DNA of 64,000 nt from Eledone cirrhosa (Eukaryota), in contig OZ024741.1 in assembly GCA_964016885.1 (NCBI GenBank), forward strand, positions 319,734,001 through 319,798,000, written 5' to 3'. The notes beneath the pieces were generated by a model. The model was not told the DNA's origin and ran no database searches. It saw only the letters and a program-made list of their open reading frames with translations. This document shows, piece after piece, positions 1 through 13,647 of this stretch (position 1 is the first letter of the stretch; every line of letters begins with the position of its first letter). The position numbers and the translations under genes are program-made.

Positions 1-287
1 AGATAGGTGGATGAAGTATGTTAAAAAAACAAATGACAATGATGAGGTAGATTATGTACCCCTGTTTTCCAAACAGAGGGGAGGTTTTCCATATACCATT
101 TAAAAACGAGGTTGATGCTACCATTGATTACTCAGGTAGCATTTAAGATTTTTCTATTCACAACAAATGCCAAGAAAATGTGAACCCACACTGTTACCAA
201 TACTGTAGATAAACAGCACTACCAACAACAGCATTAGTAGGAACACCAGTGGCAACAGCAACAGCAAGAACACCAGCAACAACAGCA

Positions 288-695
288 GCAGGTGATATCG
301 AGATCAACCCCGGACCCATCTGCCCAGGGTGTGCCAAGACGATTCACCGTGACTTCGCACCATTCATCTGCACGGCCTGCCGACGTGATTTCCACAGGAA
401 ATGTAGCGGCTTGACTCGAGTTCAACAGAAGAGTCATCAAAGCTTTGTCTGCAGTCTCTGCCGGGGAACAGCTGTTGTGCCAACACTTACATCGCCAGCA
501 AGTGATCAAAATCTCCGATGCCACTTATGCCAGGGAAAGATCTGCACAAACATCTAACCGATCAAATGAGCTGTCCGGCCTTGATGGTGGATTGTTATCA
601 CCATCAACTCGGCTCCAGCATGGATGAACTCGTGCGTCTCCCACACGTCAGTCTAGCACTACTGAGGGTAATCCTCAGGCGCCTGCGGTAAGAAC
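288..695 (+). mobile_element. Non-LTR retrotransposon relic: 2A-like peptide followed by a PHD-type zinc finger, internally deleted
   Basis: ORF 249-557 reads AGDIEINPGP (291-317), then CPGC...CTAC...FHRKC...CSLC (PHD pattern). It sits between CAA/CAG-rich tracts and is followed by a poly-C/poly-A run. Confidence 0.7.
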
Positions 696-1639
696 CCCCC
701 CCCCCCCAAAAAAAAAAAAAAAAAAAAAAAAAAAAACAACAGCAGCTGGCATCCAAACCAGGGAGAAGCACTGACAGTCTAGAAGATCCCTCTCAGATAA
801 AACAGCACCAATACAAATGAGGCATACACCAAACTCCTTTTTTCTCATCCGACTCCTTTGTTTCTTCTGAAGTTTCGTCAAATGATGGAGATATTTGGAG
901 AAACCACATTCCACCACAATGATATTAACAATATAACCAACAAAACGACAATAGCAGAACATGGGAAATCACTGTTCCAGCCACAAACTCAACAAAAGCA
1001 AAAACCAAAAGTTAAAAGGTAACAAAAATCGACAACAACAAATACAATAGTATGTAAATATTCTGTGCATTAGTTTAGTGTTTGTGCATTGCTGACATAT
1101 ATACTTTTGTTGAATCTCCACCTGTTGATAATGGATTGCTAGCTTGTAAGTCAGTTGTTTGAGGGTTTGTGGTATTCTTGTTTGGCTTTGTGGATTTCTT
1201 CCTCTAGTGATATAAAATTTTGTATACTGTGTTTACTTACTTCCATTTTTAATTTTTCCTTTCCTCACTCGTTAGATTTCACTATAAACTCTATACTTCT
1301 TGATATCTGTATACTATACTTCTTGACTTCAATATAATCTCTGTACTTCTTAATTTAAATATAAACCCTACACTTCTTGTAAGTTGTCAGATGCATGGTT
1401 TTAAATTTTGTAGAGAGTTTAGTCAATTATATCAACCCAATAATTGACTAGTACTTTATTTCTATCCACCCATGGAAGGATGAAATAGAAAATTGACCTT
1501 GACGGAATTTGAACTCTAAATGTTAAGGGGCTGAAATAAATACTACAAGGGATTTTGTTGATCATTGATTTAATGGCTGAGGCCAATTTTGACTTTCATT
1601 TGTCCAGGGTCAATAAAAAGCATCAATCAAATACTGGTG

Positions 1640-2228
1640 CAACATACTTCATTAATGCCTTCTAACATTGTACTGGCATATCCCAAAGTATGGTTGCTTT
1701 GAAATTCTCTGACACCTTTTCTGGTGTGTGTCTGTGCCATCTTTCTTTGTTGGTATTTTGTGGTGTATGTAATTACCAACTCTATAATGTCTGTGGATAT
1801 GATCCTTTTTTGCTAAGACTGGGCTGTCAGAGATAATATGGGTAACAGTTTCTTCCTCACTTCCACATATTCTGCAGTTATGTACTGTTTTATTAAATAC
1901 TTCTAATAGGGAGGCTTTGATCTTGTTCTGCAATTAGAAATCCTTTAGCCTCGGTTTTAATCCAGTGCTTTGCTACCAGATTTCAGTTTTGCTTGTCTAC
2001 TTCCTCTCTATTCAACATTTTCAGGTATTGACCATGTAGTGGTTTTTTCTTGCCATCGTTTTAACAAGGTATTCTGGAGGTCTGTTTTCAATTTAGATCT
2101 TATGTTTTTTACAATTTCTGTTGTTTATGTTTTGTTTTCATTTCATTTCCCTCATAATTATCTGTCAATCCAGTTCCTGTTTTGAACTTGGTGGCTTCTT
2201 TGAAGAAAGAAAACATTTGTTTTGTCTT
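1640..2228 (-). pseudogene. Decayed R4/Dong-like retrotransposon fragment (CCHC region)
   Basis: CRICGSEEETVTHIIS..LA....HRH matches the CRICG..ET..HIVSEC..LA..RH region of the 38518 ORF; abuts (TTA)n at 2229-2245. Confidence 0.7.
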
Positions 2229-2844
2229 GATTATTATTATTATTACTAGCTGGCCCCGTGTCGTTAAATATGGCAGTTAATTGTAATATGTATACATAAT
2301 ATAAAAAATAGGTTTTTTTTTTTTTTGGTTCCTTCGCACTCACTCACACAAATGATACAAACATACAAACACACAGCTATGACGAATCTTAGAACGCTGG
2401 ACACCTATAGTTTCTCACCCCTCCTCCTTTCTCAGTCATCACATAGATGTGTGTGGATGTAATAATTATGTTTCTAAGTGTGTCTATATATATGTATATG
2501 TAGATGAGTGTGTGTTTGTAATTCTATTGTCTATGTATCTTTCTAAATAAACACACACAAACACATATACACCCACACAAATATTATATATAAATATAAT
2601 TTACACAAATGCACATATACACACACGTAATCACAACAGCCAATGTGTGTAGCCAATTCGCTATACACATAGACACACACAAGTGTAACGAATATCAGAT
2701 GCTGCCACCCCTTCCTTTGTCAGTCAACGTTATCACCCCTTGCTTCTTCAGTTTGTCACCCTACTTTCCTCAGTCATCTGTTGTGATGGATAAATACATA
2801 AGGGTATTATATATTAGTAGATTATAATTGTTATTATTAATGAT

Positions 2845-2985
2845 AATCCCATTGAGGTTAGCTTTGCCTTTCATCATTACATGGTCAATAAAATAAAGCA
2901 CCAGTAACACACTGGGGTCAATTTAATCAACTTTCTCCTCTCCCAAATTGCTGGTCTTGTGCCTATAGTAGAAATCATTAGTATT
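2845..2985 (+). mobile_element. SINE, 5'-truncated copy
   Basis: Core gaggttagctttgcctttcatc...accagt...ttgctggtcttgtgcct...agaaatcatt shared with the other copies. Confidence 0.75.
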
Positions 2986-3229
2986 ATTGTTCTTGTTTAC
3001 ACTGTACGTCTGTGCCTTCCTTGTAAGTTGTTTTCACTTGTTATAAAAATCCATTTTGCTTACATTTTTTAATAGTTCTGTGTCTAAGGCGACCAACTTC
3101 TGAGGGAGTTGATCATTTTTTCCTTATTTTTCAACGCTAAATTAAAAAAAAAAAGAAAAATATATGGCAGATACCAAAGTTTCTTCTCATAGGAAGAGCT
3201 TAAACATGCAGGAAAAAAACCCAGAACAG

Positions 3230-3620
3230 TGACGCTACTACCAGTACCACTAGAGACATCACCATCATCAACAACATCAATAAAACTAGCAGAAGCAACA
3301 ACAATGGTAATGAAAACAACAACTAAAGCAGGAGTAGCAACAGTAGCAGTAATAACAACAACAAACCAAACCAAAAATTCTGTGTAGCAGATGAATTTGA
3401 TTTGCAATACTGCCAAAATCTACCACCATGAACTTCCTCCACCACAAAAGTGAACAATAGCACCACCACTAACACCCATACCATCACGACCACCACCACC
3501 ATCACCACTACCACCATAATAACAACTACAAAAAATATAAAAAAACAACAAAAATAGGAGCCACACAGAAAACAACACAAATAGCATCAACAACAACATG
3601 AACAAAACTTCCACAAGAAA
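3230..3620. repeat. Low-complexity CAA/CCA/CAG tract
   Basis: Degenerate trinucleotide repeats; overlapping ORFs are compositional artefacts. Confidence 0.8.
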
Positions 3621-4024
3621 GGCTGCGAAAGCCACCCATGTTCAGTTTGGTCTATTTTGAATAAGGACACCTGTTTGGCACATGCAGTTAAACTTGTTAA
3701 ATTGAACATGATTTGGGCCGACATAACCGTTCCATGTCAGGTGTTGGCAGCAACTGCCAAAAAGACACTCACATACAAATGTATTTCAGTACAAAGCAGA
3801 TAGCCAACAGCACTACTTCCTCATGAAGTTGAAAGAGCACTGAAAATCACTGTACCAGGCATCCAGGACATTGCTTGAGCTAGGCAATTTCGTGCTATTT
3901 CAGTGCTCTTTAAGAGTGAAGCCCTGGTTGTGAAAAACTCTGTGGTCCCCTGCTGGACAGACAAAATAATATCCTATTTGGCATATCTGGAAAGAGGGAC
4001 CACAAAGGTAGGAATTGCAAGAAT

Positions 4025-4456
4025 TCAAAGAGAGCTGAAAAGATTGAAGACAAGCACTTTCCTCTTTGGCGAGGCCCTGATTAACTTTTTCAGATTTAAC
4101 TTGAAGAAGAAAAATTAGCATGGAGAAGGAAGTGATGCCTTCCAACTACTTTGTTGCATGGCTCGAGTAAATGGACCTACTTTGAGTATGCGCCTGCTGA
4201 TTGGAGGAGGAAAACAGAGCGAGTAAAACAGTACTTGCCCTAGCAGCCACGTTGGTCATTTATTTTTGTGGTCTTTCGCCATGTGTGACTCTCGGAAGTC
4301 CCTCCGATTGGGAAATTTATTTTGTTTGAATTTTTACATGTTTTTCTTGTTTTTTGTTAAAAACGTTCACACGCTAAAACCCACACTGTATCGTCTTTAA
4401 TGTTTTCTTAATGTGATCCTAGCGTGGCTAATAAAGAAATCATTATTATCATTATT
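4025..4456 (+). mobile_element. Probable Tx1/L1-type LINE 3' end
   Basis: LKRLKTSTFLFGEALINFFRFNLKKK resembles a Tx1/L1 ORF2 C-terminus (recalled, not searched); T-rich 3' UTR, AATAAA at ~4430, ATT-type tail. Confidence 0.5.
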
Positions 4457-4458
4457 TT

Positions 4459-4895
4459 GAGGGCGGTGAATTGACAGAATCAGTAGAGCGTCAGACAATA
4501 TGCTTTGAGGCATAGAGGTATGGCTCTTTACGTTCTGAGTTTAAATCCCACCGAGGTTAGCTTTACCTTTCATCCTTACGGGGTCGATAAATAAAGCATC
4601 AATAATGCACTAGGGTCGATTTAATCGACTTTCCCATCCCTTTCAAATTGCTGACCTTGTGCCTAAAATAGAAACAATTATTATTTTTATTTTTTGACAG
4701 TATTGGTAGAGAGTCGGACACCATGCTTTGCAGCATAGAGTTACGGCCCTTTACGGTCTGAGTTCAAATCCTGCCGAGGTTAACTTTGCCTTTCATCCTT
4801 ACGGGGTCGATAAAATAAAGTACCAGTCACGCACTGGGGTCTATTTAATCGACTTTCCCTTCCCCCAAAATTGCTGGCCTTGTGCCTATATTATT
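4459..4895 (+). mobile_element. Two tandem tRNA-derived SINEs
   Basis: A-box-like tgacagaatcagtag, B-box gagttcaaatcc, central gcctttcatccttacggggtcgataaa, ATT tail. Confidence 0.85.
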
Positions 4896-7299
4896 ATTTT
4901 GAAAAACGCTTAACAACTATAATTTGCAGGAATTAGTCATAACGGAACCATATTTACCAATGTTCGCAATGTTCGCTATTCTTTTCCCACGTTCATGAAG
5001 TTATCATTGGTGTTGGCTATATTAACGACAACGACCACAACAACAACAACGCTAGAATGAATGAGGACACCAAATAAAGATGAAAGAGTGACGACAGCAA
5101 AAATGATCAACGAGAGATATGCTAATTATTTTAGAGCTACATTAGGAACCAAATCAATAAATGAATATTATAATATGAATAAAGACTATGTACGGTATAA
5201 CATATATTTTGTATATTAAACATTTATTCAAAATTGAAATTGCTTTAAGATTTATGAAATTTTAAAATATTGTATAAATCAACTGTAAACATAAATATAT
5301 GTTGTGTTATGAATGTCGGTTGGTAGGTAGTCCTGCACGAATATTAAGGATTGTAAGTTATTATATTTTCTAGCTATTTGTTAGCAGAACATGTTTTATT
5401 TCAAAGGTGAACATTCTATGGAATACGAAAAGCACGTGTGGACGTACACGGACACTCACATACACAGACACTCATGCACACAGACACTCACACACGCACA
5501 CAGACACTCACATTCACTTACACAGACACCCACTCTCACAGACACTCACATACACAGACACACACACACAGTTATATTAATATAACCAAGGTAAGAGTTT
5601 TTCACAGTCCCTTGGCTTATCTGGGAGATACGGAGTTCGATTCCTCGTAGCGGCTGATGGTAACTTCTTTTTCTGTCTTCAAGGGTCTTCGCCATATTTT
5701 ATAAGTTATTTTATAGCATCTCCGCGCATCAGCACACCACTCTTTATATTACCTTCATCCCCTCAGCGCTTCGTAAAAGCCCACGAGACCGGCTACGTAT
5801 ATATATATACATAATCTATGTATGTGCGTTTATAGTTAACAAAGTAAAAGGAAGGCAAAGAGAGCAAGAGGGTTGATGGTTCAAGTTCAGAATATTGTTC
5901 TAATATTTCTTCAAAGGTATGAACTGAAACGTCTTATACAGATCCCCGTTCCCTATATTCCCTTGAGCGTCAAACTAATATTTTGATTTTTGACCATATT
6001 TCGACTTGCTTTTGTTTTTCCACTACATATTTCATTATAAACGTTGACATAGCTTTCTTAACTTCCGAGAAAAAGATTGACTTTGTGCAACGTTCTAATG
6101 CAATCCGATGCGTTTCAAAAATGTTACAGTACTTTGAAATTGACCTACCAATTTTGTCATAACATGTTGAGATTGCAATTAAAAGAACCTTGCTTCATCC
6201 TTGATTAACTCTCTTTTGGAAATCTAAATAATCTGTATATAAAAGCAATACGACAGGAAACAGTTGTTTCCATTTAAATCATAATAGATAATGTTTGGTA
6301 TGTTTTGCTACTAATAAATTTTCGTAACATTTATATTTTATTTTTATGAATAATATAAATGTTGAATAATTAAAATGAATTTTAAATAAAATTTATTTGT
6401 ATAGTATAAAATAAATTACTATTTTCCCGAATTGTTAACATAACTTGTTTGTGCCTAAACTATTGATTTATTTCTCTGAATTAACATAAATTGTTTGTGC
6501 CTAAACTGTTAAAACGTTTTCTTTTACCATAAGAGTGAAAACATTCATTAAGGTGTTCTTTTTTTTTAAAGAACCGAAGATCATTTGTAAAGTCTGGCAA
6601 TGAATAAAAAACACAGTGAATCGACGAAGAAAAATAATCGAACAATCAGATAAAAGGTACATGAACAAATAAGATGGAATCGTTTTCTAAAATCTAGGAT
6701 TAAGAATCAAATAGCCAGAAGGGAAATGTGGGAAGGTGAAAAAAGTGCAGTATTTGAAATATTGAAATATAGATTCCGCATTTCTGCATGTAATCCATTT
6801 GGCCATATTGGTGGAATATCTGGAACGTGCACACTGTGAAACAAAAATATAGAAAGGATAAGTATCATCATGTGTATTCTGTTGAAATGAAATAGTAAAA
6901 CAATCCCATACCAGTTCCTGGAGAGTCACTTAAACAGTTGTTGGATGATAAACATCAGAATCCAATGATTTCCTTATCACAAGTGGCTGCAGATATCTTT
7001 CAAGAGGTGTCGACGAAAACGGGCATAGCAAAGTTATAACAACATCCCTGCTGTTTCAGGAAAGCTTACAACACAATGACTACATAACGAGCTTTAACGT
7101 TGCCCGAATCCCATTGAAATCCCATCATATTCGGCTAATTTCAAACAAAGGACCTTTATCATTCGTTTTAGAAATCTATATGGGCTTCGATTTTGTAATA
7201 CAATTGGCCTAGTAGAGAGGTAAATGCTTCTACCCGCCATAAGAACAAGAGTGTTGACAGACTGAATCGAAGGTTCTTGATTATTTGACAGCTGCAATT

Positions 7300-7700
7300 A
7301 TGTGATGTTCTCCAGGCGGTGTAGCCAGCTCACGGTAATGAGATTAGTGTGTGGAAGGCCCATATTCTCGTTCAGTACATGTTCAGTAGTCTGCTCTGGT
7401 GAATCACGCTGGCAACCTGCTAATGGACGCAGCTCCCAGTGGTGCATGGATGCATTGAAATGGCTGACACCTGTGCAAAACTGATTCAAGGGCACCCATT
7501 TTCCCTGAGAGATGTTGGAGCCTAGGGGTAAGTTTGTATTGGGATTGACATTCAGTTGGGCGGATCGAAATATCTATCACCAAATAGCTTTCCACATCTG
7601 AGTCTTGCAAGGATGAAGATGCTTTCATTGAAGAATTATTTTGATTTCTACAGATGTAGCCATCATACTTAAACAACTTCAGTTTCCAATGCGCCCGGTA
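7300..7700 (-). pseudogene. LINE ORF2 C-terminal fragment with degenerate CCHC knuckle
   Basis: WVPLNQFCTGVSHFNASMHHWELRPLAGCQRDSPEQTTEHVL resembles the W..LNRLRTG.G.F...MHKWGL..S..C.CG..EQT..HI motif of APE-type LINEs; frameshifted. Confidence 0.6.
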
Positions 7701-8426
7701 TTTGCAATGGACATCAGCAAGGCTCAATGACAACGCCACAGAATTTCTGAAATCTATTTGAAATCACATTGTCTTCCCATGGGCAATTATCTTGTTTTTG
7801 TAAAGAGTTTGAAATAGCAGAAATGTGTTCTTTTTAGAATATGGTATACCTTCAAGCACTTCAATAGACATTGCAAAAAATTTCTCATTAGAAAAAATAA
7901 TTAATTTAGAGTAATTATATAAATTGGTAGAGTGTTTTAAAAAACAGAACATGTTTTCCCTGAAGGAGAAATTAAGAGTAGGACATTTTATATAGTTTCA
8001 ATGTTTGTTTACTTTTTTGCACATTTTATGAGCCATCTCCTGAATAGCTAGGATGAAATAATTCTGAGTGAATCGATATTCCCAGAGGAAATAATCATTG
8101 TCAAACTTTTTGTAAAGCAACGCGTCAAAAATATACTTAATTCATGTAGTTTTATTTAGTTTAGGTATTAATAAAAGCAGGAAAGGTCGAGTACAACAGC
8201 TGGTATGGATATATATAAACAAGTATAATAGTACAGTTAAGAAAATCGCTTCGTAACCACGTGGTACCTGGTTCGTTTTCGCTGCAGGGTACTTTGCACA
8301 AATGACTTTTACATTAACCTGTATTTTCGAGTACGCTGGTTGACCAATATGCTACAATCAAATTTGTTATATATACACACATACAATAATGTGTGTGCAT
8401 CTATCTATCTATATCTATATACAATA

Positions 8427-8485
<59 letters not shown>

Positions 8486-8559
8486 CATACATACATACAT
8501 ACATACATACAAAATAATATGTATGTATATTTATATATCCTGCTATATCAAGCGTTAAC

Positions 8560-8601
<42 letters not shown>

Positions 8602-8615
8602 CATACATACATACA

Positions 8616-8647
<32 letters not shown>

Positions 8648-8710
8648 CTGTACCGATTGTGTTATTTCTGTTTACCTTTTACACACACACGCACGCACAC
8701 ATACATACAA

Positions 8711-8805
8711 ACATGGTGTACCCATAAAAATGTATACACACTTTGATTACCTATACAGGCAATATTTATTAGAATCTTGAACTTTGTATACATTTTTGGG
8801 ACACC

Positions 8806-8808
<3 letters not shown>
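8711..8808. mobile_element. Short Tc1/mariner-type MITE relic
   Basis: Imperfect TIRs catggtgtacccataaaaatgtataca / tgtatacatttttgggacaccctg; right end abuts TA. Confidence 0.5.
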
Positions 8809-8854
<46 letters not shown>

Positions 8855-9160
8855 AATATTCATGTCCATTATAGTGTCTTTGTTTACTTTGAATCTATTT
8901 GCTGTATGAAAAATAGAAATTAATAAAATACGTCCCACATTGAAATGGACACTGTGGGGGTGATATATTCGATTAAACTCTTAAAGGTCTTGCCCCAGCA
9001 TGGACGTAATTGAATGACTGAAACAGATGAAAAAGAATATATGTACAAAGAACAACGCATACACATTGCGTAAAAATACAGACGAGCTTGTGCGCACACA
9101 TAGTTAGACACACATACACATACTTCAACCCAGTAGAATGCATGCATTATATATATATAA

Positions 9161-9491
9161 TGAGTTCAAATTCCGCCGAGGTTAACTTTGCCTTTCATCC
9201 TTACGGGGTCGATAAAATAAAAGTACCAGTAATATAGTGAGTAATTGCTGGCCTTGTGCCAAAAGTAGAAACAATTATATATATTTATATATATATGTAT
9301 ATATATAAATAATTGTTTCTACTTGTGGCACAAGGCCAGCAATTACCCCAGTGTGTTACTGGTACTTTATTTTATCGACCCCGTAAGGATGAAAGGCAAA
9401 GTTAACCTCGGCGGGATTTGAACTCAGAATGGCAAGGGCCGTAATTCTATGCTACAAAGCATGGCGTCCGACCCTCTACCGATATTGCCAA
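9161..9491. mobile_element. Two SINEs, tail-to-tail (+ 9161-9278; - 9309-9491)
   Basis: Same SINE consensus in opposite orientations around a short TA tract. Confidence 0.85.
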
Positions 9492-10411
9492 TACACACAC
9501 GCACACAAATCCTGCCACGATGAGGAAAAGAAAATATTGTGCTGAAGATTTGGTTGCTATTCCTAGCAAATCGAGTGGCATTACTCATTGGATTTTTTCT
9601 TAGATATACGTAAAGTTGAGATGCTTGTTGCTGAAATGTCTTTGGTTTATAAACTTGCTTAAATATTCTTGACTTGGGGTTACGCAAACAAACAATTTAC
9701 AGGAAATGTTAGTCTAGCCACCTTCTAATATGTGCTACTCGACCACACCATTCAACATATTATCAATAAGTGAGAAAGAGGTATAGACTTGTACTTTTTA
9801 TCGACCTCGGCGGGATTTGAACTCAGAGAGCAGAAATTCTGAATATATATCACAAAGCATTCTATCCAACGTTCTAATGACTGCTAATTCGCCGTCTTTT
9901 ATATTTACATACTCATACATATAAATGCATACATAAGATATTATCTATGTTAGTTGTGGATAATTTTTCACAAAAAAATGTAATAAAACTTGATTTTGTA
10001 CCCTTTTTATATACACAATACTACAATGAGCCGTCAGTTTTGACGACACGGGGTCAGCAAGTCCTTCAATAATATTTCCTCATGATGGCACATTGTTACA
10101 CATTTTCTGGAGTGAGTGTCGCTGATTGGTATATAATTCATCAATCCTGCTCAAAGTCTATGCTAATCGATTTTCGATTTAAAGCGATTCTGATGTAGAT
10201 ATATGAACTTAGTTCATCTAGAATGCTTTGGCTGATGATGCTTATTTTACCAAATCCTTAATGGTAGGGAACTGTAACATGGGAGAGACCAAATAGTTCG
10301 AGAGATTTGAATACAGACTATAAAGGAAACTTACTAAAACCAGAAAGTATTTTCTATGACGTGCTACTAATTATGTCACCACAGCCTTTATTATAGAGAT
10401 AATAATAATAA

Positions 10412-10590
10412 TAATTGTTTCTACTTTTGGCACAAGGCCAGCAATTACCCAGTACATTACTGGTACTTTATTTTATCGACCCGTATGGATGAAAGGCAAA
10501 GCTAACCTCGACGAGATTTGAACTCAGAATGTAAAGGGTCATAACTATGCTGCAAAGCATGGTGTCCGACTCTCTACGGATTCTGGCAAT
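10412..10590 (-). mobile_element. SINE, full length
   Basis: Reverse complement of the SINE consensus, tail in (AAT)n. Confidence 0.85.
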
Positions 10591-11139
10591 CGATTAATAG
10601 TAATTAGCTCTTTAATTGCCATAGAAAAGGCATTGAAACTGGAACATTAAATAGACGGCCTGCAAAGCAAATAATGGGTTCTACATGGAATGAAAAATAG
10701 GCATACATGTATAGAAAAGAAACAAAAGGAGAAATTTAAAGATATTTAATTTAAATATATCCAAAGGGAAGTAAAACAGATGTTGCCAGCGGTATAGAGA
10801 AATAGAATTATTTATGTATCTTGTCGGTCAGTAGATTTAAATTAACCTCGTAAGTTTACAGTTAAATATGGCTCCAAATACAACAGAAATAATGTAATTA
10901 CATCAGCTTGAGTTAATTATTTGTAATCAAACAGTAATTTCATACTTAATTGGTAATTATCAGTTTACAACAAATCTTTACACCTATTAATGTAATTATT
11001 TTAATTAGTCTAATAGTAGTCACTTAGGTTTATCTCTCTTAACCACTTACGAATGTATTATCACATACAGTTTCGGAGGATATCAACTATCTGATACTCA
11101 GAATCTATTCCGTTGACAATGACTTCACAATCACTTTGA

Positions 11140-11335
11140 CTGCCGGGGATTGTTCGGCCGCTTCCTCTTCGCACCGCTTGCCGTCGAGACCTTAGGCGTA
11201 CTTGGACCCCGCACTGCCGAGTTCCTACACACGATCGTAATGCCGTCGGTCCGTCTGAGGAAGGAGCCCGGCGAGGTCGGGTGGCTGTTGCAACGGGTGT
11301 CGCTGGCCCAGAGCCCAATAACCCTGCCCCTTCCC
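11140..11335 (+). pseudogene. CRE-like non-LTR retrotransposon C-terminal (RLE) fragment
   Basis: FAPLAVETLGVLGP..AEFL...EPGEVGWLLQRVSLA matches the F.P.AVETLG..GP...WL.QR.SLA pattern of CRE elements; GC-rich. Confidence 0.65.
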
Positions 11336-11384
11336 CCTCCTCATTCTTCCGTGACACTAGAGCCATTTCCTTTCCCTTCTTTTA

Positions 11385-11424
<40 letters not shown>

Positions 11425-11426
<2 letters not shown>

Positions 11427-11790
11427 GAAGTTATATTTAATTTGTTGGGATACAACAAGCACATATTTTTATAACTGATATAAAGCACTCAACAAATTAT
11501 TGGAGTAAAAATACAATATATTAACAAATGGAAACTATATTTAAAAAACCATATTTATTTCATTATACATATTTCAAGGACACCAAAGCAAATTATGGTG
11601 CGGTTTCATCAGATAAAATATAATATAGATCAGTTTAATAAACAAATATTGACATACCCTTCAAGAATGCGACCATGTCGGTTGCAAGCTCCCGGATAGT
11701 GGGGTTACTAATTTTGCTTTAGTGTCCTTGAAATATGTATAATGAAATAAATATGGTTTTATAAATATAGTTTCCATTTGTTAATATATT
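11425..11790. mobile_element. Rearranged PLE pseudo-LTR relic with inverted arms and a minus-strand hammerhead (11551-11627)
   Basis: 11517-11595 is the reverse complement of 11712-11790; both resemble 28810-28885; 11425-11500 resembles 24902-24975; flanked by (TA)n. Confidence 0.75.
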
Positions 11791-11792
11791 GG

Positions 11793-11823
<31 letters not shown>

Positions 11824-12539
11824 CAAAATGAGGACGAGGAAAAAAGAAATTATATAAGACGGAAACAATGCTCGATTCTTAAGTCACCGAATGTAGGTTA
11901 CATAAAAACGTAGTTTCGATGCATACTGTGGGACTGGATCTACAACGGCTTCAGTGGTTTATAAAGCTCTAGCTACTAGCGAATAGATAAAACAAGAGAC
12001 GAATATAAAGAATACGAGTGACTGAAGAAATGAGACAACACAATGTCGAGAAAAACAAGCTGCCTAACGAAATTATCTATAAGGGATTTTCTTCACTCAT
12101 CAACTCTTTCAACTCTTTCTTGCCAAGCATCATATGCATTATCACACCCATACATACATATACACTCATACTTGCATGCTTAGTCAACTGAATGTGATTT
12201 TACATTAAATTGGCTTGTTAACAACACTGTTATAAAACGTATTTTTAAAATAGTTAATTAGTTAATTAATCTAGAAACAATTCAATTAAACTTAATTACA
12301 ATCTAATGTAATTGAAGCCATTTCATAAAAAAAAGAAGAGTCTGTTTTACTATTTTTCCTGGCAATATTAGGACAACATGACCCCCGCTCCTCCAAAAAT
12401 ATAAGAAGAGAAAGAATTAACGTATTTAATAATCTTATATTTTGCGTTGCTTTAATTCTAGATCCAGTCATTATGAGAAAACAATAATTTCATTGATGTA
12501 AATTTGGCTGAGTTCTCCACACGTATACATAAACACACG

Positions 12540-12718
12540 CACACACTCACTCACACACACCTACATACCTACACCACCACACACACACATACTTACACCT
12601 ACATGTACATACACCACCACACACTCACACCTACATGTACCTACACCACCGCACACACATACTCATAACTACATGTACCTACATCATCATACACTCACAC
12701 CTACATGTACCTACACCG

Positions 12719-12720
<2 letters not shown>
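12540..12720. repeat. About 28-30-bp minisatellite
   Basis: Repeated cacctacatgtacctacaccaccacacact-like unit. Confidence 0.75.
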
Positions 12721-12780
<60 letters not shown>

Positions 12781-13032
12781 ATATATATATAAACAGTCAC
12801 ACATACTTTAATCGTTTAGAAGATCTCTATATTTTCTATCCCTGTCGTTTCTCTGAAATTATCTTGACTAGAAATACAGCCACTTATGTAAATTGTAATT
12901 GTTTCCGATAATATTGTTTCCGATAATATAATTCAACTTATATTCGAAACAAAAGTACTTCTGGAAATCACAAAAAAAAAAAAAAAAAAATTAACCGTTT
13001 ACATATTTAGTCTTGTGACATACATACATACA

Positions 13033-13633
13033 TGGTGGCTGCCAACTCGTTTTCGAGTACGGCCACTACTTTATATCCATGTAGGAGAACCCCTACCGAT
13101 GCGCTGAACGAGTGTGGCTTTTTAGTCCAGCCAGCGACTTGAAAACTCTGGTACAAACACTACACTTGTGACAATTATTGACACATAGTGCTGGGCCCAT
13201 GGTACCATGTGACGACAAGTGCAGAGAGATTTCAGATATAAAGCAATGCCTGTGCCGTGAAGCTTTTATAGTGAGCAAAGGCACTGCACAAAGCCAGTCC
13301 CACTCTCTTAACGAAGATGATATTTACCAAAAAGAAGAACAAGTCAACATCATTGGATACCATCAGAGTTGCAGGTGTTATATCAGAGTTTTCCTTCTAG
13401 AATTCTGCCTTGACAACGGCTAAGGGGTCATCTCTCCCGGTGATTTTGGATGGCCATTGACTCTTAAGAGCTCCTTTGCTCTTTGACAGGTTTTGTTTTT
13501 AGTCCTGCAGGATGTCCAAAGTCACCATCCTCACCAAGAAACCTTGGTGGTAGGGTTGCCCGTTTAGTCACCTGACCATGGGACAGGTTGTACTGGGATA
13601 CATGTTACCAGTAGCACCAACTGGTGACCTGAC
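13033..13633 (-). mobile_element. ~600-bp non-autonomous RTE-derived element, copy 1
   Basis: Near-identical reverse complement of 29031-29637; carries C2H2 motif [22 protein letters not shown]; flanked by (ACAT)n. Confidence 0.75.
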
Positions 13634-13647
13634 ATACATACATACAT

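Noticed and set aside
1090-1340. Possible APE endonuclease fragment on the minus strand (TGGD-like)
   Set aside because: Only a short motif amid stops.
2246-2276. Helitron-like 3' end, with a relative at 10030-10062
   Set aside because: No matching 5' end or body could be delimited.
4459-4560. tRNA genes (A and B boxes) in SINE heads and at ~5620-5650
   Set aside because: No complete cloverleaf; the SINE heads continue into SINE bodies.
11903-11962. Hammerhead-like CUGAAGC...GAAACUACG on the minus strand; similar weak cases near 5900, 19000 and 52105
   Set aside because: Cores or stems too degenerate to separate from chance.
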